This document shows, in pieces, positions 1 to 12,439 of a stretch of 64,000 nucleotides of DNA (positions are counted from its first letter, which is position 1; each line of letters opens with the position of its first letter). Below the pieces are notes generated by a model, which was not told the origin of the DNA, searched no databases, and was given only the letters and a program-made list of their open reading frames with translations. The stretch is from Amphiscolops sp. MND2022 (lineage: Eukaryota): the NCBI GenBank assembly GCA_964187785.1, contig OZ076413.1, forward strand, positions 41,666,001-41,730,000, read 5' to 3'. The translations under genes were made by a program, and so were the position numbers.

Positions 1-1435
1 TCGACAAAGGTACGCCGGCATGAACAATTAGTCAGAATCTAAGCCTAAGGCTACTGGAAAACGCGGTGAATTGTATGACTAATGAATATGGCGACGCAAC
101 TGAGATGCTGTCAAATATACTGATATTGGCTATCATGGATGAACAAAATGATGCTAAGATTTCCGATGGATCAGTTTCCGATTTACAACTTTAACAAGCA
201 TCCAAAAATCGTACATTTTTCGGCAAATAACAAATGTAAAATGAACATCACACAATACATCAAACTCAGTAATTCTATAACTCAACAAAACCAAAAATCA
301 AAACATAAATACTTCTCTGGTACTCCAGATTTATGCACATTATGCAATCCCTTGGCAAACTTCATAGTAGCTAAAGCAATACATGGGGTTGTACAGAATA
401 GCGCTGACCTAAAGTCATTATTATATGAATGTAAAAGAAACTGTACTGTGATTGATTTATGTGAGTGTAAGTTACACTTGACGTTCTATCTACGCTATTT
501 CAAGATTGCAACAAAAAATAGGCTTTGGCCAAACACAATGTAAATTCAATTGGAGTTTCGACATTAAAACTTTTCCCTTACGGCGCAGTCTTGTTTGCCT
601 ATTGTTGAATGTTGAAAACACACACTGGATATCTATTCCTAAATAAGAATCACGAAGCGTATAATTAGAAATCATATCCTTGATTCATTAAACCTTAAAG
701 TGTGACGTAGTGTTGACGTACGTATTAAGATTAGCTATAGCAAGCTAGCTGTTAAGTAGAGTTAGAGCGGAGCAACTACCATTATTAAATTCATTCTTAA
801 TGACGTCACTAGAACGATTCTCACTAGTCTGAGCGCAAATAAGCTGATTTTTGCTGTGATGCTATTGGTCCATAAATTAGAATTACCAGAATTTTGTTAG
901 CTTGAGTGACGTTGCCATAACGCTATAAGAGCTTACTCAAGTTACTTCACTGTAAATTGAGTGGGCTTTTGCAGCTACTTCAAATACTGAAAACAAATCC
1001 CTTGTAGTAATTTTATGTCTTTTTCATTTTAGATCGTATGTATTCCGTTGGGGTCGCGGAATTAAATAATGTTTTTGATGTTTTCATTTCAGTGTGGAGA
1101 AGGAAGAAAATGATCCCAGATTTAGGAATGCTTTCACTTTGATATTTGGATCGGTTTGAAATCTTTAACAGAAGAAACCGGAAATGGTAAAATCGTTGTG
1201 TATGAAAACTTCAAACCGGAAGTTTCATTTTATCTGAGAATCATTTTTGGCTAACTTACGTTGCGCGTACGTCGACCTTTTTATTTAATTCTACCACTTA
1301 GCTGTTAGACTGCACCGTAAGTAAGATACTACTAACAAATTACTGCGCCTGGGAGTAGCCATGTCCCATTCCTTTTGATTGTCTATGAACGCCTTGCTGG
1401 CAGTACGTACACCAGCCGGGAGCGGGCTGTGACAG
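1..1435. repeat. Long direct repeat, copy 1 (left end runs off the window)
   Basis: Colinear with 8087-9520 (offset about 8086) with scattered substitutions; the paired ORFs 139..543 and 8225..8482 are near-identical. Confidence 0.95.
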
Positions 1436-3504
1436 AGCGCCTCTTGATCTGGTTGCGACAACTCCACCGCAGTGGGGAATCTCTTTGGCGATAAGAATCG
1501 GCTGTCTTCTGTTTCGCGTTGTTCTCTTTGATGTGTAATGTATGCCTCTCCCGCCAAAATTGCATCTCATCGTCGGGTTGTCGAGGCTTGTTCCATAGTC
1601 CTTTTGTATTTGCTCAATCTCTGGTTCGGAGAGGTCGTTCAATTTCTCCACAGGGTCATCAGTTTGCTTATTATAGCCATACGCTTGAGTCACGTCTTTT
1701 AACATAGGAGCAGGTTGTAAAGCTGGGGGAGGGCTAGGCGTGTCAGATTCTTCTTAGTAGTTGTCTTCTGAATTAACGTCTAGTTCAAACGTCACCCTGG
1801 CGTGCTGAAACTTCTTGATGGGGCCTATTTTAAGTTTTTTCGGAGAAATATCAGACTCAAATGTAGAGATGGAGAAGGTAGAAGAGTTGGGATCCGCCTC
1901 GCTGCCTCTCATTACTTCCGTAGAAGAATCGCTTAGGTCTAGTTTGCCCACTATATTTAGCGGAAGGGTCTTTATAGGCGTGCTATAACGGTTGTTTTCT
2001 TCATCAGAAGAAATGTCGATAACAAGCGAAAGTTTGTTCTTTTTATTTGCTGAAACTTGACGATTCTAAATCGATTTGATTGTTCGATTGATTGAGTGCC
2101 AAATGAAAAGGTCAGTTTTAATTCCTTCGTATTTTTCGTATTTTGTCTTTTTCCTATTGGTCAACTTTCGTCTTCGTTCCGGTTCGCCTGAGAGTATTGG
2201 AAACGACCTGTTTCCGTCAGCGCTGTGATTGGCTAGGCGAATAGGAAACTAAATTTCATCTCTTTCTTCATCGATGACGTCATGACGTCATCCGATTTTC
2301 TTTTACAAGTCACGAAATAATGACGTCATATTTCTTCTAGTGATATTCTACTTTCTTTTTTTTTCTTTTCACTGATGCGTAGTTTGATCGTTTTTCTCCG
2401 GGTTGCATGTTTCTTTTATGTTGTTTTTTGTAATTGATTCTCTCTTTTTTAGATTGCCTTGCAAATTTCCTCAGCACTTCTCAATGGACGCTGATGATGC
2501 TGTTGTTCCTTCTGGGTCCGGGTTTATCAGTGGAAATGAGACAGTGTACAATCACTCTGATTGCGATATTCAAACGGAGCTGGTGTTTGTCCGTCCTTCT
2601 TCAGATTGGTAAAATCTTTCTGACTAACATGGGCATTTAGACTTGTTCTTTTTGGTGATCAGCCAATTTAGTCTTACCCGTAACTCTGACGCGTCTGAAC
2701 CAGATCTTGATTTTCAGTACTGCTCTTTTGTTCCTTACTCAAGAGGAGTCTGTTACTGGACATACCGTCAATGCTTCCTTGCCAGCTGTGTCTACCATTC
2801 TGCCTCAGCGGGTTGAAAAGAGTCTTGAAGTAGCTCCGTCTCCGCAAAATGTTTCTGCTGCCCTCAAAACTGCTTGTCCTGAGCTAGTTGCAACTAGCTC
2901 TGCTATCCTTAAAACTGCTACCGTTTCTCGCGGAGGCGAGATTAGTCCCCCCACTAGTGAAGAAGAAGAAGTACCAGTTGAAGACGGGGCGGAAGCGCCC
3001 ACCACGTCGACTGGGAAAGGTTGGAATTTTTGTTTAACGTTGGTTTGTATTTTTTGTGGGTATTTGACGTCGTTGTCTCCTTGTTGTTTTAGGTCTCTCT
3101 GTGTTTCCCTTTAGGAAACATTCTGTAAAATTCAGGACACCACCCAAGCGCGGCGGAGAGTGGTCTTTCGATAATCTTCAGGAGTGCGTATTGAGCGCTT
3201 GGAGTAGTTAGTTTTGTGGTATTTTCAGTTTTCCTTTCGTTTTGGTTGATCTTTGAACCTGTGGTATTTTGTAGGTGACGATGGAATGCCGCGAGCCTCT
3301 GACAAGGTGGCTGTGAGTCCTGTGTTCGTGAGTCAATTGAGCCGACAACTCGGGAATGAACTGGGGAGCTGGACAACAGAGACCATTCAAGCCGGTATGT
3401 GAACGTCGTATTTTGATTTCGGTGGGAGGGGGTTACTAGTTTGTTGATGAGAGTTTCTGCATCAGTCCTTTGTTGTCGTAGGTTTCAATGAGCTGTCCGA
3501 GAAA

Positions 3505-4489
3505 ATGGAGAGTTATTTACAGCCGAAGAAGCGAGTTCGGAAGTACTGTAGCCGAAATGCCCTACGTCGCGAGATGCTGACGTTAAATCCTGTATTTGCT
3601 GATTTTGTGTCAGAGTCTTCAACCGGTGCTGGTACCCATTTCTATTGCAAAGTGTGCCATCGCGATGTGAAGATGGTTACTCGAGGTTCCGGCGAAATTT
3701 CTCGTCATTTCCGTTCCGATGGTCACTGGTTCAAAGACGTGACCTATCCGGTCCACATGAGCTTGCCAATTTACAATCGGTTGCTTGACCCTTTGACTTT
3801 GAGGGAGGCGCAGCGTGTGGAATAACGTTCTCGGCTATTCGTAGAGTTAGCTGAGGTCTTTCCATTTCCTGAGGATTTGGCTCCTAAACATGCTCGTGTG
3901 GAGTCACGCAATCCCTTTAGCACTCTTGTGTCATGTGTGGGCGAACTGTTGCGGAGTGGTGGCGATTTCTGTGGGACGCTGGAAGAACGCGATCCAATAT
4001 ACAATGTCAAGTGGAGTCGGACTGAGACTGTTGTAAGTTGTCTGTAATCGGTGTGATTTTGAAGTTCTATTTTCTTTTGATCCAGTTTGAGGTAGTCTGT
4101 TCGTTCTAGGCTTTGTTGTGTCGTGGCTTAGCACCGCGTGTATTACGTCTTGTGCTGGGCAGAGTGTCGCTGTTTTCAAAGAAAACTGCATACATTTCGA
4201 GAAGGAGTTAGACGTGGAGCGTTGTTACATCGTATACTGGGAAGAGCAGCAATTGAAGAAGATTTGCATCGATTGCCAATCTCTGGATCAAGCGGTTCCC
4301 GATGCTGAGCTTATTCCATTAGCGCGTTTTATTTTCAGTATGGGTGTTCCTCAGCTCCCCATGTGTAATCGTGGGTGTAGTCCTTCTCTGCTCCGGGAGC
4401 CAAAGCTCATACCACTAGCCCAACTTCTGTCACCATGTTGGAAACTTTGTTCGATCGCTAATTTGGCTATTTTGGGTGTTTTCTGCTAA
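3505..4489 (+). pseudogene. Decayed BED-type zinc-finger protein, possibly a hAT-like transposase derivative
   Basis: FYCKVC...EISRHFRSDGHW (C-x2-C...H-x4-H) in ORF 3505..3825; the frame continues past an in-frame stop, and there is a GTAAGT donor near 4032. Confidence 0.4.
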
Positions 4490-6499
4490 TCTCCTGCTGG
4501 ACTGTTTCCCGACCTCTAGTTGACATCTTGATTAAAATATGATTGTTTTGAACAATGTATTTCAAATGTAAAATTTGAGTTTTGCGTTTTACAAAGGTAG
4601 ATATTCAATCGAATTTGAGAACAAAACTGAAACGCAGATTGAAAACCTAATTGAATGAATAATTTTACAAGTAAAAGCTATATATACCCGCCTAGCATCA
4701 TCTGTTCATACTCGCGTACTTTAATTTCCATCGAGATATTAATCACTTCCTGTAATTTTGCGGCAAAAATTTGATCTGCATTAGCATTTCGTCAATTTGT
4801 AAGACACGGCAATTCTAATCTAGTATTAGTCATCAACCATGATCATATCATTTCATTCCGACGTCCTTTTGTGTCCTCCCAAGCAGGAAGTAGATATTAC
4901 TTAGTCTGTCAAACCGGAAATATTTCCCCGTTTTACTGCTTTGGTTCGTAAGAAACCGACGCGGAGATGACCTTGACCTGAACAACTAATACCTGATTTT
5001 GAATTTTTACCTGAAGAAAATTATGAATATTTATCTTGATTTAGGCAATTTGGTGATGCTAAGAGAGTGACTGATTTACATGAGGCCAAACAATTAAATA
5101 TTTTGACAATTAACAATTATTTATCTGAATAAAGTTAAGAGCAACACCTTTGAGCAACAATAAAAGACGACGTGACATCGTCGAACAGCCAATGAAATTA
5201 TTACCTTAGGTAATCAAAGCATACGTTTAGAAAGCTTGCATAGACTGCACTTTATTAACACAAATTGAAGATAAACTGTGACTCTCCAATTTAAGTAGTG
5301 TTAAAACACTGTTATTTTAAGTTAGTCTTAAAAATCTTGGCTTAAATACCATATTCCGTTCGAATTCAATCTTTGTCGACGCAATATTGACGTAGAAATG
5401 TGTTTTCTCAACCTTTAGTATATTATTTGACGTAGCGTTGACGTAGATTCAAAATTTGGTTTGGTTAGTTAAATTGCGACGTAGTGTTGACGTTGATTCA
5501 TTCTTTTTGCGGCAACTAATTCCAACGATATGTCTCGGTTGTATACTAGGTTTGACAGGAAATGTGTGAAATTATTCCGGAATTCAATAAATTTTGAATT
5601 CATTTAGAAATACTTCAGATTTTGATGATCTTAACTGGTCACAGTTTATTTCAGTTTAATAATATAGTCTAACTGTTCATAATGCATCCATGATCACGGC
5701 CAAACTGCGCCTCTTGGCAATCATAATCAAGGCCGGGCGCGGACTGTGACAGGGCCACTGTCATAGGACGAAGAGATCTCGAGGGGTTGTCGAAACTGGG
5801 GAGAGCATTGTTTGGGTTGTACGCTTTCCCAGAGGAATGTGAGATTTCCGGTACCACTCTGTAGTTCGGTATAGCACTCTTTGGAAGGGGTAGTAGAAGC
5901 TGTCTTATAATTCCTTTGTAGTGCCAGGTGTTGACATTTTGCCAACGTCGCGGTTTTAATGGCCACGAATTAAATTAATTCGTTTGACCAAAGTTGTCAA
6001 CGTTTTGCTGACGTCAATTTCGTTAGCCTTTAGCTAACTTCAGAATTTGTCACCGTTTTGATGACGTCATTATAGATTATAGGATTAATTTTGAACCCTG
6101 ATAACCTTTTTGTCATCGTTTTGCCGACAGCATTTTCGTTGGTAATTAGCAAACTTTAGGTTTTGTCACCGTTTTGACGACGTCTATTTCGTTTTAGCGA
6201 TTAGCCAACTTGAATTTTATTTGTCATTTTTTTATTATTATTATTGTTTTCGATCACTGTCGACGTCATATTGACGTCGTTTCAGTATTGGGCTGTTTTA
6301 AACCTAGTCATTTATGACGTCAATATTGCGTCATTCTTTATGGGCTGTTTCAACCCAGTCAACCTCAGATCAATTTGATATAAAAATATGTGCGTATTAG
6401 TGACGCCGGCTCGCTGGTTTTTCAACAACCCTTAGGTTTGTTACATTCCCCGTTCCATTAAGCTTTTGTGTTTGATACTTATGACAGAGTATCTTTCTG

Positions 6500-7790
6500 T
6501 ATCAGTATTTCCGCAGCTTAGACTTTCTGACGCGTCTAATCGGGAATGTGTGCTTCAGCGAGTAGGCCATTGTCATTTTCTAACGCACAACTCAGCATCA
6601 CGAAGAGTCTACTTTTTTTTACTTACGGATGTGAACTAATTCACCTGTCTCTCCTGGAAAGTTGCGCCCAGACAGCATGTTGCCAGCATTTGGAACCACG
6701 TTTTGTGGTAACTGGTGTCCTCGAAAGTATTGGACAGCATCTGACGATGTACTGACGGAGTAGTAGTTGTTGCTGTAGTCGTCGAATTTCATCTCGTTTA
6801 TCATTAGTAGGTCAACAAGTCTCCATTTGCCGTTTGGATTGCGTTGCTCATTTATTGGCTTTGAGGGTTTGAAGAATGGGAAGGTAGTGGTTATCGTGTA
6901 GTTTTGCATAGACTCAAGAGCAACTGTGAGGTCTTCTATGAGATTGATGGGTACGACTAGACTTTGGGTGTAGACAGAGATGTTGTTGTTCTTGGTTAAG
7001 AACACTTTGAAAATGTCGTTGATTCCAATGTCGAGTGGGTGTCTCGTAAAGATGTCATTGTACTCGACTATGGGGGATTACAATGGCCATTTAGGAGGGA
7101 GCCTTCATTTTAGAACATACCGTTGCTTTTGTGAAGCTGCGTCTTTCGTTCGGTGAAGGTTCTCATTCTCGAGGAGTTTGCGTGTTCACTTGAGATATTG
7201 TCAGTGATATAGTGTATATTCGTCTTCATTTCCAATGCAAAGAGTTTCCTCGATGTGGATGAACGATGTTTGGACGGTAGTTTGTTCAAAGGTTTTCTTG
7301 GGAACATTTGTTTAGTGGTCCAAAACTCCTGTCACCATGTTGCAACTATTGACCGGCGTTGTTTTGGTATTAGTCGCAGTAACTGTTTTGACAGGTGTCG
7401 AGCAACGGAGATGTTTTCTACTTCGGAGTCAGAATCCTGGTTCTCCGATGAAACCGCTCGTTTCTTACTCAGTGGTGCTATCAACTTGAACATTTGTCTC
7501 TGGTTTTCAGCTAATATTTTTGATAGATCGGAAAAAAACTCCTTTCTCAAATACGCTTTTATCTCGTTCAGATCTTCAGGCTCAGTTCCAGTGGTTTTGC
7601 TACTGCTAGCAACTAAGTTTTCAGCTAGATTGTTCTCGTTTAAAGAAGTCTCAAACTCTCTTGATACTAGCTCAGTTACAGCCTTTCTCTTCTGGCTCCT
7701 TGTTGTCATTTTCAGAGTAGAAGGAAATATTGAACTTTGAGGAACAGTGAATTTAGTACAGAAAGATTCACTCAACTTTGACGTTGTCAA
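6500..7790 (-). mobile_element. Degenerate Ty3/gypsy-type gag/RT remnant
   Basis: ORF 6619..7005 (PSKPINEQRNPNGKWRLVDL...DDYSNNYYSVSTSSDA) resembles the RT N-terminal SP...K..G..RL.VD.R..N block. The upstream ORF 7332..7790 (MTTRSQKRKA..., coiled-coil-like) is a gag-like N-terminus. Confidence 0.65.
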
Positions 7791-8086
7791 TTTTCAGAAC
7801 AATACAAGTTATCAACTGATTATTTAGAATTACATCAACTATTTATCCCCTCTTAGCATCATTTGTTCTTCATCTAAAAATTCCTAGGAATCGCCAAAAT
7901 CGGGTTTGTTCATAAAAAAACCTATATGATTCAAATTATTTCAGCCCTATGTCAATAAATCAGGATTCGAAATTCCTAACAGCGTCTCAGGATCGTCACA
8001 ATTGTTGAAAACAATTTTGTTCATTCACATCGACTTCCTGTTTCGCTTTCAAAAAGGCGGCAAAAAAAGTCTGCTTGAATATTCTA

Positions 8087-9520
8087 TCGACAAAGGTACG
8101 CCGGCATGAATAATTAGTCAGAATCTAAGCCTAAGGCTACTGGAAAACGCGGTGAATTGTATGACTAATGAATATGGCGACGCAACTGAGATGCTGTCAA
8201 ATATACTGATATTGGCTATCATGGATGAACAAAATGATGCTAAGATTTCCGATGGATCAGTTTCCGATTTTCAACTTTAACAAGCATCCAAAAATCGTAC
8301 ATATTTCGGCAAATAACAAATGTAAAATGAACATCACACAATACATCAAACTCAGTAGTTCTATAATTCAACGAAACCAAAAATCAAAACATAACTACTT
8401 CTCTGGTACTCCAGATTTGAGCATTTTATGCAACCCCTTGGCAAACTTCATAATAGCTAACGCAATACATGGGGATATCTAGAATAGCGTTGAGTTAACC
8501 TCATTATTATATGAATGTAAAAGAAACTGTACTGTGATTGAGTTATGTGAATGTTTATTACACTTGACGTTCTATCTACGCTATTTCAAGATTGCAACAA
8601 AAATAAGGCCTTGGCCAAACACAAAGTAAATTCAATTGGAGTTTCGACTTTAAAATCTTTCCCTTACGGCGCAGTCTTATTTGTCTATTGTTGAATGTTG
8701 AAAACACACACTGGATATCTATTCCTAAATAAGAATCACGAAGCGTATCGTTAGAAATCATATCCTTGATTCCTTAAACTTTAAAGTGTGACGTAGTGTT
8801 GACGTACGTATTAAGATTAGCTATAGCAAGCTAGCTGTTAAGTAGAGTTAGAGCGGAGCAACTACCATTCTTAAATTCATTCTTAATGACGTCACTAGAA
8901 CGATTTTCACTAGTCTGAGCGCAAATATGCTGGTTTTTGCTGTGATGTATTGGTCCATAAATTAGAATTACCAGTATTTTGTTAGCTTGAAAGACGTTGC
9001 CATAACGCTTTAAGAGCTTACTCAAGTTACTTCACTGTAAATTGAGTGGACATTTGCAGCTACTTCGAATACTGAAACCAAATCCCTTGTAGTAATTTTA
9101 TGTCCTTTTCATTTTAGACCGTATGTATTCCGTTGGGGTCGCGGAATTAAATAATGTTTTTGATGTTTTCGTTTCAGTGTGGAGAAGGCAGAAATTGATC
9201 ACAGATTGAGGAATGTTTTCATTTTAAAATTTACATCGGTATGAAATCTCTAACAGAAGAAACCGGAAATGGTAAAAGCGTTGTGTATGAAAACTTTAAA
9301 CTGGAAGTTTCATTTTATCTAAGAATCATTTTTGGCTAACTTACGTTGCGCGTACGTCGACCTTCTTTTTCAAATCTACCACTTAGCTGTTAGACTGCAC
9401 CGTAAGTAAGATTTTACTAACAAATTGCTGCGCTTGGGAGTAGCCATGTCCCATTCCTTTTGATTGTCTATGAATGCCATGCTGGCAGTACGTACACCAG
9501 CCGGGAGCGGGCTGTGACAG
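8087..9520. repeat. Long direct repeat, copy 2, cut off at 9520 by a LINE fragment
   Basis: Matches 1-1435 up to ...gcgggctgtgacag, then switches to LINE-like sequence. Confidence 0.95.
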
Positions 9521-10310
9521 TGAGAATGGGCGAAAGTGAAACAGTGTTGTCAACTGAAATCTGGAATTGAATGCAGTACTATCCTGAAAATATCAATACG
9601 TGTTATAAAGCCCAAAATGCTCTATGGCCTCACCTTGCTTGGAACTGTGGAAACCTGAACAAAATTGCCGAAGTACAGAACGCAATCTTGCACAGCGCGA
9701 CAGGAGGGTTCTACAAACCGACAGTAAGAAACTTTGAACTTATGACCAAGATGAAACCACTGAAAGTCCAATTAGAAACGATAACTGTAAACTTTTAAAC
9801 CAAAGTTCTCACAACAGACGATGTCCTGAAACTTCGTTTTCGAAAATCACCAGAAACTACCGAAAATCCGTGCTGACATAGAAACTCTCAAACGCTGCCT
9901 AGCTTGGAATTTAATTTAAAGTGCGATCAACTCTTTCTATAAATCTGAAGGAGCTATCTCCTTACACCTTAGCATACACAAAGTCAGAAAACGATGAATA
10001 TGAAACTGAGCTGTGGAAGAAATCGTGGACATATCGGTTTGAAATTCCCACAATTCCCCTAGATCATAACGTCACCGTGAGTAAATCGTGCTCGAAAGAA
10101 TCTGAGATACTCATTTTTCGACTCGTATCTGGTCATTGCAGTTTAAATGGCTTTTTGTACAAGATCTGTAAAGCGACATCTTCGAAATGTACGTGGGATA
10201 AAACGAAGACACTGTCAAACTTTACCTCTGCAATTGTATACAATACTCTGAGCAATAAAACTGGTGGCGATTAGAAGGCTCCTTCCAAAACGCTCTGCAA
10301 TCCCCTAATC
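9521..10310 (+). mobile_element. 3' fragment of a non-LTR retrotransposon (LINE ORF2 C-terminus)
   Basis: RLVSGHCSLNGFLYKI followed by a Cys-rich knuckle remnant, typical of the I/Jockey-group ORF2 C-terminus; multiple stops and frameshifts. Confidence 0.7.
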
Positions 10311-10483
10311 AGGAACAGTATGTCATTGAAACTGACAGATTCAATTCTCATGAAACACAGACGAACATGAGCTTGAATTGAATTTTTTGTGTAGCTGCTC
10401 ACTCATAGCTTTTCTTCCGAAGTTTATGATTTTTTGCATTTATAGATTTAGAAAATATGCATATGTTTGTGTACGAAACCAGA

Positions 10484-11180
10484 GTTGGTGGGACATAGAC
10501 CCCACTTTTTACTAGGCCTTGGTGGGACGGGCACAAGGTGGGACATAATAAGTGGGACACCATTTCACACATAGTGCAAAATGCCTAAAATTGAATAAGA
10601 AACCATTTGAGAAAATGTTCCACCAAGTGCCTTACACTCCACACCTACACATTTTTACAGCGCCGACAAGCGGCCAAAAGTTGTCATCGATGAAATCCGC
10701 GTTTTTGATTGGTTAAACGGATTGTGTGTATGTCCCACCAACAATGCGTGAAATGGCCCCATGCGTCTCGGCCGCTGATTCGTCGGCGAGAATTCTGTGT
10801 GTATGTCCCACCAACGCGGGTAAAACACTTCGGCTTCTGATTGGTCGACGACTCCCCAAAGTGTATGTCCCACCAAGTGATGGGTTTTTGAAATGGGACG
10901 AACGCCGACATCGGATCGTCAAGTCGGAACTCGAATCGTTTTTATCGGTGTGAGTCCCACCAAGTATGATAATTTTCTTTTGGTGATTGAACTCTTTATA
11001 GTTCATGTTGCTTCATTTGTAACACCGCATTACTATGATTCATTTATGATATGTCCGACAGGGTATGCCCCAAAGTGCTTGTCCCACCAAGTACCAAGTT
11101 TTGAACAGGTTTTTGAACAGGACAAACCCTGATCGGTTCCAGTTTTGTGCAGTCGCTAAAAACGATTGAAGTTCCACCAA
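10484..11180. repeat. Array of GTCCCACCAA motifs, inverted at the left end and direct in the body
   Basis: TTGGTGGGAC/GTGGGAC four times in 10484-10560; GTCCCACCAA near 10732, 10806, 10867, 10954 and 11081, with irregular spacing. Confidence 0.8.
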
Positions 11181-11303
11181 GAATAATACGGAGATTTAAC
11201 AGTAATGACAATTAGTAGAGTTGAGTTTTCTGATGAAAAATCCCCCAACAAAATAAATAACAAAAAGATAATGAAGTCCCCCAACAGACCCATTTATTTA
11301 AAA

Positions 11304-11446
11304 TTTTGTACAAGATCTGTAAAGCGACATCTTCGAAATGTACGTGGGATAAAACGAAGACACTGTCAAACTTTACCTCTGCAATTGTATACAATACTCT
11401 GAGCAATAAAACTGGTGGCGATTAGAAGGCTCCTTCCAAAACGCTC
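11304..11446 (+). repeat. Exact 143-bp duplicate of 10153-10295 abutting the gap
   Basis: ttttgtacaagatctg...ccaaaacgctc is identical in both places. Confidence 0.9.
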
Positions 11447-11646
11447 NNNNNNNNNNNNNNNNNNNNNNNNNNNNNNNNNNNNNNNNNNNNNNNNNNNNNN
11501 NNNNNNNNNNNNNNNNNNNNNNNNNNNNNNNNNNNNNNNNNNNNNNNNNNNNNNNNNNNNNNNNNNNNNNNNNNNNNNNNNNNNNNNNNNNNNNNNNNNN
11601 NNNNNNNNNNNNNNNNNNNNNNNNNNNNNNNNNNNNNNNNNNNNNN
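11447..11646. other. Assembly gap (200 N)
   Basis: Run of N. Confidence 1.
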
Positions 11647-11859
11647 TACCAAATCTCCTGAAGATTCCTCCAAAATCTCAAGGCACTGTTTGACTATTTT
11701 AGTTACTTGACTAGTTTAGTTAGGCTGTTGGCGTTTGGATCGAATGTATTTGCGCGATAATGCAATCTGTAACTGAGATCGAAGTAAAACTGTCGAAGAA
11801 AATGAGATCGAATCAATGTCTTCAAATGCCTAGCATTTTCCAATACCAATGTTTTTTGG

Positions 11860-11965
11860 CCGTTGGATTTGCCCCCTTTTCTTTAGTGCCCCGCGGCCAC
11901 TGGACGCCGCTTATATTCCCATCTTGCTAAGCGACGTCGAACAGGAGCAGGACGAGCGGGAACGG
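11860..11965 (+). repeat. Short interspersed GC-rich repeat (family S), 5' half
   Basis: cccatcttgctaagcgacgtcgaacaggagca... is shared with 12200-12330 and with the reverse complement of 24240-24420. Confidence 0.8.
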
Positions 11966-12199
11966 GCTTAATGGTAATTTGGCCTTAAGTCATTTGGCTT
12001 AATACAATTGGTCACTTGGCTTAGCTTTTTAGGCCAGGTGTCTGGGGTATTGTGCACTTCGCTTGAAGTCATTACGCCTAAAATTACTAAGTTGAAAATG
12101 CGTCGCAGATTTCGTCGAATTTACAATAACGTAGTCATCGTATTAGTATAATATGTCATATCAAGCACGCCCTCGGATATAGCCCCTTTTTCGTCTAGT

Positions 12200-12330
12200 G
12201 TCCATCTTGCTACGTGAAGTCGAACAGGAGCAAAGACCACCTAGCGGGAACGGAGATCGTGAAGCGATCGTAGTGGGAGCTGGTCTTTGCGACGGTGAGG
12301 GCGAGCGTGCATACACCGCCTATGCCACAC
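12200..12330 (+). repeat. Family S repeat copy
   Basis: ccatcttgct...gtcgaacaggagcaaagacc...gggcgagcgtgcatacac. Confidence 0.85.
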
Positions 12331-12439
12331 ATTAAGATATATGGTGAGTTGACTTATTTATTCCGTGAGTTGGGTTGGAGTTAGCTGAGTTTTGTGGTCA
12401 CTTGGAATGAACTCTTTAAAACCCCGTATATATAAACTC

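Noticed and set aside
139..543. 134-aa ORF as a host gene
   Set aside because: It lies in the long repeat, has no recognisable domain, and the second copy has a premature stop.
10484..11180. CRISPR-like repeat-spacer array
   Set aside because: The repeat is only about 10 nt, spacing is irregular, orientation switches, there are no cas genes, and the context is eukaryotic.
11304..11693. Exact duplication and ORFs at the gap
   Set aside because: Gap-adjacent and probably an assembly overlap; the ORFs are made of Ns.
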